NCBI GenBank assembly: GCA_018817165.1 | Contig: JAHITY010000114.1 | Location: 17,721 to 81,720, forward strand | DNA from: Candidatus Omnitrophota bacterium | GTDB taxonomy: Bacteria; Omnitrophota; Gorgyraeia; B26-G9 | DNA length: 64,000 nt | Direction of reading: 5' to 3' | Shown: positions 28,347-38,476 of the stretch, piece by piece | How the letters are laid out: each line of letters begins with the position of its first letter | How positions within the stretch are numbered: position 1 is the first letter of the stretch | The notes under the pieces: model-generated | What the model saw: only the letters and a program-made list of their open reading frames with translations | Told to the model about the DNA's origin: nothing | Databases searched by the model: none | Program-made: the position numbers and the translations under genes

Positions 28347-29351
28347 ATGCTGAATCCTATTGTGAAAAGTACCCAAAAGGCAGACATTTTCTTTAATATT
28401 TTAGGTGCTAGAATTTTTAATAATTTCAGGCCAATTTTTGTAAATTGGCCATTAACTTATAAATGCAACTACAGATGTCCTTATTGTAAAATTTACGAAA
28501 ATCAAAGGTCCGAGCTTTCCTGTGATGATATAAAGTTGAGAATAGCTAAATTAGTAAAGTTGGGACTAAAGTGGATTATTTTTACGGGAGGAGAGCCTTT
28601 TCTTAGAAATGATTTGCCTGAGATAATTGCTGCCGCTAAAAAACATAATTTGTTTGTTTGTGTTAATTCTAACGGATCTTTTTCTCCGGAGATGCTTGGA
28701 AAATGTGGCAATATAGATCTGTTGAACCTAAGCCTGGATGGATTGGAAGAAATTCACGATAAGATACGCGGAAGAGGTGCTTTTAATCATATGCTGTCTG
28801 CTCTTGAGTCCGCGAAATTATTAAAAATCAAGGTGAAAATCACAACAACTATTCATAGAATTAATATGAATAAAATAGAAAGCATTTTGTCTTTCTGTAT
28901 AAAAAACAATATTATGCTTTCTTTTCAAATGCTTAACAGGAATTGTCTGGGGAGCAAGGAGGTAAATAATCTTTCTCTGTCAAATGCTGAATATAAACAG
29001 GCAATCAAAAATATTATTCTACTTAAAAAGTCTAAGAAATATTCTAAAGCTATATCACATTCACTAAGCTCTTTAAAATTTTTAGCCCAACGCGCTGATT
29101 TAAGTAAATTGCAATGTGCTTCTGGAAAAATTGCTTTTAGAGTTACTCCTGAGGGCAAGATGTATGCTTGTAATCATCACTCCTTTTTAAATGATAAAGA
29201 AAGTAATGGAGTAATTGATCTAAAAGAAGATTTAAAATCCATTAGACTTAAAATTAAACAATTAAGCAAATTGGATTTATCGAATTGTCATTGCTCCTGC
29301 ATGAATAGAATAAGACTTAATTTGTTATGGAATTATGGATTTGGATTTTAA
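28347..29351 (+). CDS. Radical SAM protein with C-terminal Cys-rich domain (paralog of 24747 and 46114)
   Basis: WPLTYKCNYRCPYC, TGGEPF, NSNG, SLDG, CASGKIAFRVTPEG...C, CHCSC. Confidence 0.88.
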   Translation: MLNPIVKSTQKADIFFNILGARIFNNFRPIFVNWPLTYKCNYRCPYCKIYENQRSELSCDDIKLRIAKLVKLGLKWIIFTGGEPFLRNDLPEIIAAAKKHNLFVCVNSNGSFSPEMLGKCGNIDLLNLSLDGLEEIHDKIRGRGAFNHMLSALESAKLLKIKVKITTTIHRINMNKIESILSFCIKNNIMLSFQMLNRNCLGSKEVNNLSLSNAEYKQAIKNIILLKKSKKYSKAISHSLSSLKFLAQRADLSKLQCASGKIAFRVTPEGKMYACNHHSFLNDKESNGVIDLKEDLKSIRLKIKQLSKLDLSNCHCSCMNRIRLNLLWNYGFGF

Positions 29352-29398
29352 AAGGATATTATAATAAAGTAAGAATAAAAGGTAGAATATAAAGAATA

Positions 29399-30922
29399 AT
29401 GCGAAAAACTAAAATAAAGCTGGCTATAATAGTTTTAATTGGATTCATGCTCCGTGTTTATAAGCTTGCTGATTTAAGCCTATGGATCAATGAAGCGAAA
29501 GTTGTTTGTTTTGCAAAAAAAGACTTGTTGTCTGTTTTTCAATTCACAGATTTTTATAGGCCAGTTTATCTTCTGTTATCAAGGATTTGGCTGAATGTTT
29601 TTGGGATGGATGAATTCTTCGTTCGGTTGCTTCCAGCTGTGTTAGGCTCTCTTTCAATTATTTTAATGTATAGAATTGGAAGGATGCTATGGGACAGAAA
29701 AACCGGATTAGTAGCTGCTTATATTTTATGCTTATCTGTTTTTCATGTTTATTTTTCTCGTCAAGGAAAAGGTGTTTCTTCTCTTTTGGTTTTTTTGTGT
29801 TTAATATCCTTCCTGTTAATGCTAAAAATACATACTAAAAAAAAGACAAAGTATTATTTCTATATTTTCTTTACTAATATTTTAATTTTATGCTCTCACC
29901 CCGTGGGGATTTTTTATGTTTTTACAGAAAAAATTTGCCATCTATTTTTAAATAATAGAAAGGTAGATATTAAATGGAATATTCTATTAATTGCTATAGG
30001 ATGTGTTTTGTTTCCCTGGTTTTATTATGTGGGATTATTTACTCCTGATAAATTTAGTGTTAATTTTCTTCCTGTTTCATTGCTTGATATAGCTAAATTT
30101 TTTGAGGTTTTTAGTTGCGGCGGACGACAGTTAGTACATGGTGGGGAAGGGTATAAACTGTCTTATGCGAGAATGATTATGCCATGGGTGCTTACATCTA
30201 TTTACTTTTCTATTTTTGTTTCAGAGCTGTTTTGTAATAAAAATAAGATAAAGAATGTATTGTTGGTATGGTTGCTGTTGCCTTTAATCTTAATTTTAAC
30301 ATATTCTTATTTTATTCAGCCGATTTATTGGCCGAGATATGTAATCTATTCATTGCCGGCGTTTTATTTGCTTTTGGCTCATTTTATAGCGGGCTTTCGT
30401 AAAGGTTGTGTCATTATTTTAGTTGCGGTTTCCTTTCTATCGATCGGTTCATTAAATAATATTTACAATCCTCAATTTAAAGAAGGTTTTAAAGAGGCAA
30501 CTTATTTTCTAAAAGATAAGTTGAAAAATAATGATATTGTTGTTTTTGCTCCGGCTGAAATGATGGCGGGTATTTTTTATTATCTAAAAAATGACGACTT
30601 GGATATTATGGGTAGAATAGATGATGATAAAGGAATGTTGTTTGATAAAAAATGGGAAACTGATTTTATATTTGAAAATAATAGATTTATTTGTTTGCAG
30701 TTTGATGATATTGCGCGATTTTCAGAGGATTTTAGTTTTGAAAAATATAATTTTGCCGGGGCCCCAGCTGATGGTATCTGGGTTTTTTATGCTCCTGATT
30801 GGGCATTGAATGAAAATTCTAAATGGTTGATTGAGCACTTAGAAGAAAATTATGAGCCTATTTTTAATGAGTTTTTTAAACGTCAAAATTTGTTTTTAAA
30901 ATATTACAGAGTTAATAAATAA
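29399..30922 (+). CDS. GT-C (GT39/PMT_2-like) multi-TM glycosyltransferase
   Basis: LRVYKLADLSLWINE, PVYLLL, EFFVRLLPA, HVYFS, PRYVIYSLPAF. Confidence 0.83.
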   Translation: MRKTKIKLAIIVLIGFMLRVYKLADLSLWINEAKVVCFAKKDLLSVFQFTDFYRPVYLLLSRIWLNVFGMDEFFVRLLPAVLGSLSIILMYRIGRMLWDRKTGLVAAYILCLSVFHVYFSRQGKGVSSLLVFLCLISFLLMLKIHTKKKTKYYFYIFFTNILILCSHPVGIFYVFTEKICHLFLNNRKVDIKWNILLIAIGCVLFPWFYYVGLFTPDKFSVNFLPVSLLDIAKFFEVFSCGGRQLVHGGEGYKLSYARMIMPWVLTSIYFSIFVSELFCNKNKIKNVLLVWLLLPLILILTYSYFIQPIYWPRYVIYSLPAFYLLLAHFIAGFRKGCVIILVAVSFLSIGSLNNIYNPQFKEGFKEATYFLKDKLKNNDIVVFAPAEMMAGIFYYLKNDDLDIMGRIDDDKGMLFDKKWETDFIFENNRFICLQFDDIARFSEDFSFEKYNFAGAPADGIWVFYAPDWALNENSKWLIEHLEENYEPIFNEFFKRQNLFLKYYRVNK

Positions 30923-30939
30923 TATTTAAGGAAAAAGTC

Positions 30940-32829
30940 ATGTGTGGAATTTGTGGTAAATTTTTTTATTCAACGGATAAGCGGGTCAACGAAAAAACTA
31001 TTTATGATATTTGTCAAAGTTTGTATAGAAGAGGCCCTGATGATGAAATCATTAAGGTTTATCGAAATGTTGGATTAGGGATGCGGCGACTTTCGATTGT
31101 AGATGGAGAAAGACAATTATGCTTGAGAAATGAAGATGCTACTATTTTTCTTGTATTTAATGGGGAAATATATAATTCTAAGGATTTTATAAATACCTTG
31201 ATTAGTAAGGGACATAAATTTAATTTTAATAATGATGTTGAGTGTATAATCCATTTATATGAAGAATTTGGGCTTGATTTTATTAGTAAACTAAATGGAA
31301 TGTTTTCTTTAGCTTTATTTGATAGTAGCTTGAATAGACTTATACTTGTTAGGGATAGAATTGGGATTAAACCATTGTATTATAGCGAGATTAATGGGGG
31401 GATTGTGTTTTCTTCGACTCTAAAGTCGTTATTATTAAATAACGAAATATCTAAGGAGTTAGATATTAGAGCATGCAATCATTATTTTTCGTATAATTAT
31501 TTTCCGCTTGAATATACTCCGATTTCTTCAATAAGAAAGCTTTTACCTGGACATTTTTTGGTTTGTGATAATAATGGCTTAAAGATTGAAAAGTTTTGGG
31601 AATTTAGGTATAAAAATAAAGACAGTAAAAAGAAAACTTTGGATGATTATAGCAATGAATTTAAAGTATTATTTAATGAAGTTATGGCAACACAGATTAA
31701 TGCTGATCATTCACCAGGAATATTTTTAAGCGGAGGCCTGGACTCATCGACAATAGCATATTTTCTTTCTAAACAAGGTAAAAATATTAAATCATTTAGT
31801 CTTGGGTTTGCGGAAGAATCTTTTGATGAACGAGAGTATTCAAGGAATATTGCTAATAGGTTTCAGTTTGATTATTATGAGATGGTCGTTAATGAAAATT
31901 TAAATAAACTGGTTGATGATTTTTCAGAAAGTTTGGATATTCCTGTGGGGGAACCTTCGTTTATTAATATGCTTTCTATTTCAGCTTTTTCTGCAAAGCA
32001 TGTAAAGACTGTTTTTTCTGGTGATGGTGCTGATGAATTGTTTGGAGGATATAGCCAGTATTTTGCTGATTCGATGATGCATAATTTTAACTTAGTCCCT
32101 AGTTTTTTAAAAAAAATGATTGTTGATCGTATAATCAATAATTCATCGTTATCTTATTCCTGGATGAATAGAAAGTCTAAGTTTGAGGCCGTCTTAAATG
32201 CTCTTGAAAGAAAGGAAACTATTCCGCACTATATTTTTAGAGAAAATTTCAGTATTGATGATAAATCAGATTTATATTCTAATGTTTTTTACAGCCAAAT
32301 GAAACAAAAAAATCATCTTAATGATCCGTATCTGGTTTTCAAAAAAAAGTATTCGGAGGCAAATACAAATAATTATCTGGAACAAGCCATGTATTTTGAT
32401 ACTACGATTTGTTTACCGGATGGTATGTTGCAAAGGGTCGATATGGCTAGTATGTATCATTCATTAGAAGTGAGAGTTCCGTTTTTGGATAATCGGATTA
32501 TTAATTTTGCTCAATCACTGCCACTTAGTTTAAAGATACGTAATTTGAAGGGCAAGTGTATATTAAAAAACGTGATGTCAGATTCTCTCTCGAAGCACAT
32601 GATTAATCGACGTAAGCATGGTTTTAGTGTGCCAATTGGAAAGTGGTTGAAGGATGAACTGGCAATATTCGCTAAAGATATTGTTAATTCGAAAAATTTA
32701 AGGGGATATGATCTTTTAAATAAGCAATATGTAGTTAATCTTTTGGATGTTCATTTGAAAGGGAAAGTAGATAATGGCAGGAAATTATGGAATATATTAG
32801 TATTTCTATTGTGGTTAGATAATATATAA
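30940..32829 (+). CDS. asnB: Asparagine synthase (glutamine-hydrolysing)-family amidotransferase
   Basis: MCGICG N-terminal Cys, RRGPD, RRLSIVD, NGEIYN, RDRIGIKPLYY, SGGLDSS, SGDGADELFGGY, EVRVPFLD, KHGFSVP. Confidence 0.93.
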   Translation: MCGICGKFFYSTDKRVNEKTIYDICQSLYRRGPDDEIIKVYRNVGLGMRRLSIVDGERQLCLRNEDATIFLVFNGEIYNSKDFINTLISKGHKFNFNNDVECIIHLYEEFGLDFISKLNGMFSLALFDSSLNRLILVRDRIGIKPLYYSEINGGIVFSSTLKSLLLNNEISKELDIRACNHYFSYNYFPLEYTPISSIRKLLPGHFLVCDNNGLKIEKFWEFRYKNKDSKKKTLDDYSNEFKVLFNEVMATQINADHSPGIFLSGGLDSSTIAYFLSKQGKNIKSFSLGFAEESFDEREYSRNIANRFQFDYYEMVVNENLNKLVDDFSESLDIPVGEPSFINMLSISAFSAKHVKTVFSGDGADELFGGYSQYFADSMMHNFNLVPSFLKKMIVDRIINNSSLSYSWMNRKSKFEAVLNALERKETIPHYIFRENFSIDDKSDLYSNVFYSQMKQKNHLNDPYLVFKKKYSEANTNNYLEQAMYFDTTICLPDGMLQRVDMASMYHSLEVRVPFLDNRIINFAQSLPLSLKIRNLKGKCILKNVMSDSLSKHMINRRKHGFSVPIGKWLKDELAIFAKDIVNSKNLRGYDLLNKQYVVNLLDVHLKGKVDNGRKLWNILVFLLWLDNI

Positions 32830-32852
32830 AGCAATTAATCGAAAAATTTATT

Positions 32853-33848
32853 TTAATTCAGTAATTTATTTTTTAGAAGGAAGTAGTTTATTTTTTTAGC
32901 TGCAATTTGATGCGCTATTTCATTAGGATGATGGTCCGTTGGGTTAACCCATAATTGCCGGTCTTTATATGAACGATATAAGGGGGAAAGATCAATAAAG
33001 GCGATATTCTCTTTTTCGCAAAATTGTTTAAGCTTGCTATGAATTGTTTGAAATGGATAATTGTCTAGTTTGTAGAGTAGAGGAAATAAAACAATCATTA
33101 ATCTGCTATTCTTTGCTTCGATTTTTTTATTTAAACTTTTTAGTTTTTCAAAGTTCTTTTTCTCATTTTCGCCCTCAAAGGAATTTATATAAGTAGAAAT
33201 AGTATTTTTAGTTAATTGCTGCTCTTCCTGGAAATTTAAAAAAGCGTTAATTATTGAGGAATATTTTCTAATCTTCCAGTATTTGTATCCGCCATTATTG
33301 AAATCGATCAGGTTATTGCCATGAATTTGGTCTTGGTCGTCCGCCATAAAGTCGTTAAGAGTGAATCCATAAATAACAAGATTAAATGAATTTTTTGATG
33401 ATTCTATATCATATGTTTTTACAATATCGTTTAGATTATCGCCTCTTTTGGCACAGTTTTTTATGTCAGCATCAATATTATTATCTTGTAAAAGCTGTTT
33501 TAATATTTCTAAATAAATGTCTTTATATTTTACTCCTTGCCCATACATAAAAGAATCTCCCAGCCCGAGGATAGCTTTGGTGGTGGAATTCTTACTTGAT
33601 ATATTTTTTTTAGGAGAGATACGATATCCTTCTGGCGAATTATTATAATTTAAGCCATAAATTATAGAATTATTGATAGTTTTGATAGGGATATGATAGT
33701 TTCTGGGATTTGTAAAGTATTCGGTGCTGTTATTGTTAAACATATAATAGGGGGTAGAGTAAATATGTAATAATATTTCAGCACAGATTATGCTAATAAT
33801 GCTGGACAATCCTAATAATATTAGTTTTTTCTTGATGGAATTTGACAT
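32853..33848 (-). CDS. Membrane-anchored SGNH/GDSL hydrolase (esterase or acyltransferase)
   Basis: N-terminal TM; LGDSFMYGQG, TLND, DHHPNEIAH. Confidence 0.85.
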   Translation of the reverse strand: MSNSIKKKLILLGLSSIISIICAEILLHIYSTPYYMFNNNSTEYFTNPRNYHIPIKTINNSIIYGLNYNNSPEGYRISPKKNISSKNSTTKAILGLGDSFMYGQGVKYKDIYLEILKQLLQDNNIDADIKNCAKRGDNLNDIVKTYDIESSKNSFNLVIYGFTLNDFMADDQDQIHGNNLIDFNNGGYKYWKIRKYSSIINAFLNFQEEQQLTKNTISTYINSFEGENEKKNFEKLKSLNKKIEAKNSRLMIVLFPLLYKLDNYPFQTIHSKLKQFCEKENIAFIDLSPLYRSYKDRQLWVNPTDHHPNEIAHQIAAKKINYFLLKNKLLN

Positions 33849-34027
33849 AAATTACTTATAAATTAATTGTATTTGTATAAAAAAAACATAAAAATGAAGA
33901 TATTTAAAGCGTTGCTTTGGGTATATAATTGTGTTAAAATTAATTTCAAGTCTTATGTTTTTAATATTATAGGTTCGATTGAGAATATTGTAAAGTAATT
34001 AATTTAGGAAGTACTAACAAGAATATT

Positions 34028-35395
34028 TTGAAAGAAACCAAACTTTATCTTATAGATCCTTTTGGGTCATCTAATAAATTTCTTCCGCATCGTCATTTTT
34101 TAAGAGATTGGAGTGGTTCTTATAACACTGCTGATATAGTGTTCCCACCCTTAGATCTGATGTATTTGTCCTCATATCTCAAAAAAAATGGCTATCAAAC
34201 TGAAATAATTGAGGCAAGCAACAAACATCTTTCCCCAAATAAGGTTGTCGAGATTTTAATTAAAGCGCAGCCGAATTTTGTTTTGATCCCCAGTACTTAT
34301 TTCAGTATTGAAGATGATAAGGCCTTGGCTAAAATCATTAAAAAAAACGTAGCGAAGGCTAAAATTATATTTTCCGGCCCATTGGTTACCTATGATCCCG
34401 CAGTGGTTTTAGATGAAGATATTGCTGATTTTGTTGCTTTGGGAGAATTAGAATCAGCCGTGATTAATATCGTAGAACAGAGAAATTATGATAATGTTGC
34501 TTTTAAAAAAGACGGCGAAATAATAAGAGGGGATCGTGTTCTGATCGATATTGATACGCTTCCTATCCCTGATAGAGAATCAATAGATAATGATTCATAC
34601 CGATATGCTGTATTTAATAAGCGAAATCCTGTAACAGCAATGACTATAAGCAGAGGGTGTCCGCACAGTAAATGCTTATTTTGTCCATCAGGACTGTTTA
34701 CTTTAGGTGAAATAAGGTATCGGCCAAAACAAGAAATCTTTAAAGAATTAGAAGAGTTGAAAGATAAATATAATATTGGGGAAATATTTTTTAGGGATCA
34801 AGCCTTTACAGCTAATAGAGATCTTGTGGTTGAAATTTGTAACTATATGTTAAAAAATGGTTTTGATATTTTATGGAGAGCGACCACTCGAGTTGATTTA
34901 GTTGATAAAGAATTGCTGTTATTGATGAAAAAGGCTGGCTGTTATCAAATATCTTTTGGATTTGAGACAAATTTGCAGGAAGTTTTGGATGCTAATAAAA
35001 AGGGAATTACTGTGGAACAGTCAAAATCCGCCGCAAAATGGGCTAAAGAAGCAGGGATGGAAATCCTAGGACTTTTTATGACCGGAATGGATAAAGATAA
35101 TGTGAATAATTCCAGAAATCTTTATGAGTTTATGTTGGAGCTAGATGTGGATTATGTGAGTGTTAATAATTGCTTGCTTTTTCCCGGGGCAAGCCTTTAT
35201 AAAGAACATAGTGAAAAATCAAAAATCATTCCTTATCAAGAAGTCAAAAGTAAAGCCGGATTTTCTCCGGAAGTAAGATTTTATATGAGACCGAGCTATT
35301 TATTCAGACAGCTAAAAAAAATCAGAACAATCTCAGATATGAGGTTCATGCTTAAAGCAGGTTTTAATATCTTAATGTCAGGTTTTAGAAAATAG
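34028..35395 (+). CDS. B12-binding radical SAM protein (Cx4Cx2C motif)
   Basis: FPPLDLMYLSSYL, SRGCPHSKCLFC, FFRDQAFT, FGFET; TTG start. Confidence 0.87.
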   Translation: MKETKLYLIDPFGSSNKFLPHRHFLRDWSGSYNTADIVFPPLDLMYLSSYLKKNGYQTEIIEASNKHLSPNKVVEILIKAQPNFVLIPSTYFSIEDDKALAKIIKKNVAKAKIIFSGPLVTYDPAVVLDEDIADFVALGELESAVINIVEQRNYDNVAFKKDGEIIRGDRVLIDIDTLPIPDRESIDNDSYRYAVFNKRNPVTAMTISRGCPHSKCLFCPSGLFTLGEIRYRPKQEIFKELEELKDKYNIGEIFFRDQAFTANRDLVVEICNYMLKNGFDILWRATTRVDLVDKELLLLMKKAGCYQISFGFETNLQEVLDANKKGITVEQSKSAAKWAKEAGMEILGLFMTGMDKDNVNNSRNLYEFMLELDVDYVSVNNCLLFPGASLYKEHSEKSKIIPYQEVKSKAGFSPEVRFYMRPSYLFRQLKKIRTISDMRFMLKAGFNILMSGFRK

Positions 35396-35449
35396 ATATT
35401 AAAAAAGTTTTATGGATCGCTTGTATGCTAAAAATGGGAGTAGAATAAG

Positions 35450-37048
35450 TTGAAAAAATTAGAACAAATCGATTGTCTGCTGATACATACCCCCAAACTC
35501 AATAATTTCTATAGTTTATATGGAAATTTTATGTTTGTCATGTATATAAGCTATGGATTATTTTCTCTATCTTCTTTTTTAAACAAAAATGGTATTAGTT
35601 CCAGGATACTTCATTTAGGGGTAGAGTATATAAAAGAAGGAAAAATAGATTTAAATAAATATATTCCCAAGAATAAACATATAATTGTTGGTTTGTCCCT
35701 GCATTGGAATCACCAGTCTTATGACGTGATTGAAGTAGCCCGAAAAATAAAATCAATAAATAAAAATGTTTATATTGTTTTGGGAGGTATGACTGCGAGT
35801 ATTTTTGATGTTGAGATATTAGAAGAATTTCCTTTTGTTGATGGAATTATTCGCGGTGACGGGGAAGTGCCATTACTTAAGCTTTTTGACTTTAAAAATC
35901 AATCGGATAAAAACCTAGTGCCGAATTTGACATGGCGCAAAGATAATGAAATTATCAGGAATTCATTGGATTATGTCTCGACAAGTGATGACTTAAATAA
36001 ATATGATTTTGCGGCAATAGATAATTTGATTGATTATGATGTGTATAGAGACCGGATTTTACACATTTTCCATTGCAAAGATATTCCTTTTTTTATGGCA
36101 AAAAATCTTATTGGAAAAGACTATATGTTTTTTCCTCTGCTGGTAGTCAAGGGTTGTACTGCTGAATGCTCTTATTGCGGGGGGAGCTACTCTTCTCAAT
36201 TAAAAATCAGCGGAAGGAAACATATAATTTATCAATCCCCGGAAAAAGTTTTAGAGGCTATAAAGAAGCTGAAAACTTTTGGATTTAATGGAGTTTATAT
36301 AATTTTTGATCCTGTATACGGGCAGCATGATTATTTTTATGAACTTTTTGCCTTTATTTCCAAAAACAAACTTAAAATAGCCTGCGGGTTTACATTGCAT
36401 AGTTTGCCGGAAAATGAATTTTTAAAATTATTTAAAGATACTTTTTGTTCAGAAAAGGGATCTTTTCTAGAAATAACAATAGAGTCTCATGATGAAATCG
36501 TACGGAAGAAAAATAAAAGTTTTTTTTATAGCAATGATGAGTTCTTTGACTTTTTAAGTAGATGCGATAGCTATAATATTCCTTTAAAAGTCTTTTTAAG
36601 CATTGGCATGCCCTTTCAAAATCATAACGAAGAATATTCTAAAGCAAATAATGCGTTTGAAAGAAAAATTAAAAGCTTTAAAAATGCTATAAAAGTCAGC
36701 TATTCTGTTGTTGATATAGATCCGTATTCTCCTGCTTATCTGAATCCGGAAAAGTTTAATCTGGAATTGAAAAAAAATAAATTCACGGATTATTATGCCC
36801 ATCACAAAATATCACATAAGCGCAATTTTCCGGCTGCTGGGTTTTCAGATATAACGCAGATAGTTTTAGGGGATGGGTTTTGTTTTAATGAAGAAAAACT
36901 TATTGATATAAAATGTGAATATTCTTGTCAATTAAATATTTTGTTAAGAAGGATGCATATTAGGCTGCCTTCATTTATTTATAAGAAGATTTGTAAAATT
37001 ATTAGTTTTTTTTGGAGATTTTCTAAGAAAATAGAGGTAAAAATTTGA
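35450..37048 (+). CDS. B12-binding radical SAM protein
   Basis: GLFSLSSFL, GLSLHW, VLGGMTAS, RGDGE, KGCTAECSYCGG; TTG start after GGAG. Confidence 0.87.
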   Translation: MKKLEQIDCLLIHTPKLNNFYSLYGNFMFVMYISYGLFSLSSFLNKNGISSRILHLGVEYIKEGKIDLNKYIPKNKHIIVGLSLHWNHQSYDVIEVARKIKSINKNVYIVLGGMTASIFDVEILEEFPFVDGIIRGDGEVPLLKLFDFKNQSDKNLVPNLTWRKDNEIIRNSLDYVSTSDDLNKYDFAAIDNLIDYDVYRDRILHIFHCKDIPFFMAKNLIGKDYMFFPLLVVKGCTAECSYCGGSYSSQLKISGRKHIIYQSPEKVLEAIKKLKTFGFNGVYIIFDPVYGQHDYFYELFAFISKNKLKIACGFTLHSLPENEFLKLFKDTFCSEKGSFLEITIESHDEIVRKKNKSFFYSNDEFFDFLSRCDSYNIPLKVFLSIGMPFQNHNEEYSKANNAFERKIKSFKNAIKVSYSVVDIDPYSPAYLNPEKFNLELKKNKFTDYYAHHKISHKRNFPAAGFSDITQIVLGDGFCFNEEKLIDIKCEYSCQLNILLRRMHIRLPSFIYKKICKIISFFWRFSKKIEVKI

Positions 37049-38469
37049 AGGTATTGCTTATTAATCCTGGAATGGACTTAAATAAATTTGGTGGCTTTAA
37101 AAGGTTTATGCAGCCTATGCCTCCGATTGGTTTGGCTTATCTTGCAGGAGTTTTAAAAGAGAATCAGATAGAATTTAAGGTTATTGATGATTTTGCTGAG
37201 AATAGTGGAATCAAAGGTATATGCGAAGCTGTTAAAAACTATTCACCCACAGTGGTAGGTATTTCTTGTTTGACTCCTTCAGCTGATTATGTATTAAGTA
37301 TCGCTCAGAGCATAAAAAGTATCAATAAACAAATAAAAGTTTTAGCGGGGAATCTGCATGCATCTATTTTTGCCGAAGAATTTCTTAAGACCGGCTATGT
37401 GGATATTGTCTTTCACGGAGAATCAGAATATTCTTTTCTTTCAGTAGTAAAATCTATCAGTAATAATGGTGATTTAAGCCAAATCAAGGCTATTTCCTTT
37501 AGAGACAATGATAAAATTAATCATAATTTTGAAAATAAGTTTTTGACTGATTTGGATGCTTTGCCTTATCCTGACTGGGAAAGTTTTCCGATTGATAAGT
37601 ATGGGTTTTTGCCATTTATGGATATTAATAAACCTGCGCTTAGTGTGTTGGCTTCAAGAGGATGTCCGTTTAGCTGTTCATATTGTTCTTTGGTGTATAA
37701 TAATGTTCCATTTAGGAGTAGAGATCATGAAAGGGTAGTTGATGAAATCGAGTTTTTGATAAACAGATATAATGTCAAACAAATTGGATTTGTTGATCCC
37801 ATTTTCCCTTGTAATAAAGAGTATGGGGTAAAATTTTGTCAGAGTATGATAAAAAGAAAGTTGAACAAAAAAATAGTTTGGATCAGCGAGACGCGTATTG
37901 ATTGTGTTGATATGGAGCTTTTAGAATTAATGAGGGAATCTGGCTGCCGTAGATTATTGTTTGGAATCGAAACAGCTAATTTAGATGTAATGGGACAAAT
38001 AAATAAGAATATTCCGCTTGAAAAAATAAGAAAAAATATTTCTTTGGTTAGAAAGGCAGGAATACAAAGCACAGGGCTTTTTATGATTGGGTTTCCGTCT
38101 GAAACAAAAAAAGATATTATGAATACTATAGATTTTGCCAATAAATTAGAACTTGATTTCGCGAAATTTGCGATAACCACGCCTTTCCCCGGGAGCAGAT
38201 TGTTTGTGGATTTTTTCAAAAATAATAAACTCAGGAAAGATTGGGAAAATTATATCACTTATAATCCAGATCCAAGTAAATTAGTTTCAGTGAATGAGAA
38301 ATTAACGGCTCAGGAGTTGATTGATTTGCAAAGAATAGCGCATAGGAAATTTTATTTTAGGATTAAAATGATATTTTGGCATCTTTTTGTGATTAGGACA
38401 GTTAAGTTAAAGGATATGTTTTTTGGTATTGGAAGCTTGTTTTTTCACGGAAAATTTAATAAAAAATAG
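37045..38469 (+). CDS. B12-binding radical SAM protein
   Basis: PPIGLAYLAG, GNLHAS, HGESE, SRGCPFSCSYC, FGIET, FMIGFPSET, TPFPGS; TTG start after GAGGT. Confidence 0.9.
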   Translation: MKVLLINPGMDLNKFGGFKRFMQPMPPIGLAYLAGVLKENQIEFKVIDDFAENSGIKGICEAVKNYSPTVVGISCLTPSADYVLSIAQSIKSINKQIKVLAGNLHASIFAEEFLKTGYVDIVFHGESEYSFLSVVKSISNNGDLSQIKAISFRDNDKINHNFENKFLTDLDALPYPDWESFPIDKYGFLPFMDINKPALSVLASRGCPFSCSYCSLVYNNVPFRSRDHERVVDEIEFLINRYNVKQIGFVDPIFPCNKEYGVKFCQSMIKRKLNKKIVWISETRIDCVDMELLELMRESGCRRLLFGIETANLDVMGQINKNIPLEKIRKNISLVRKAGIQSTGLFMIGFPSETKKDIMNTIDFANKLELDFAKFAITTPFPGSRLFVDFFKNNKLRKDWENYITYNPDPSKLVSVNEKLTAQELIDLQRIAHRKFYFRIKMIFWHLFVIRTVKLKDMFFGIGSLFFHGKFNKK

Positions 38470-38476
38470 GTTTATT

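Noticed and set aside
30940-32829. AsnB as a lasso-peptide cyclase for the micro-ORFs
   Set aside because: It retains the full N-terminal Cys glutaminase domain, and no lasso B1/B2 (RRE/protease) gene is present. It fits glycan amidotransferases better.
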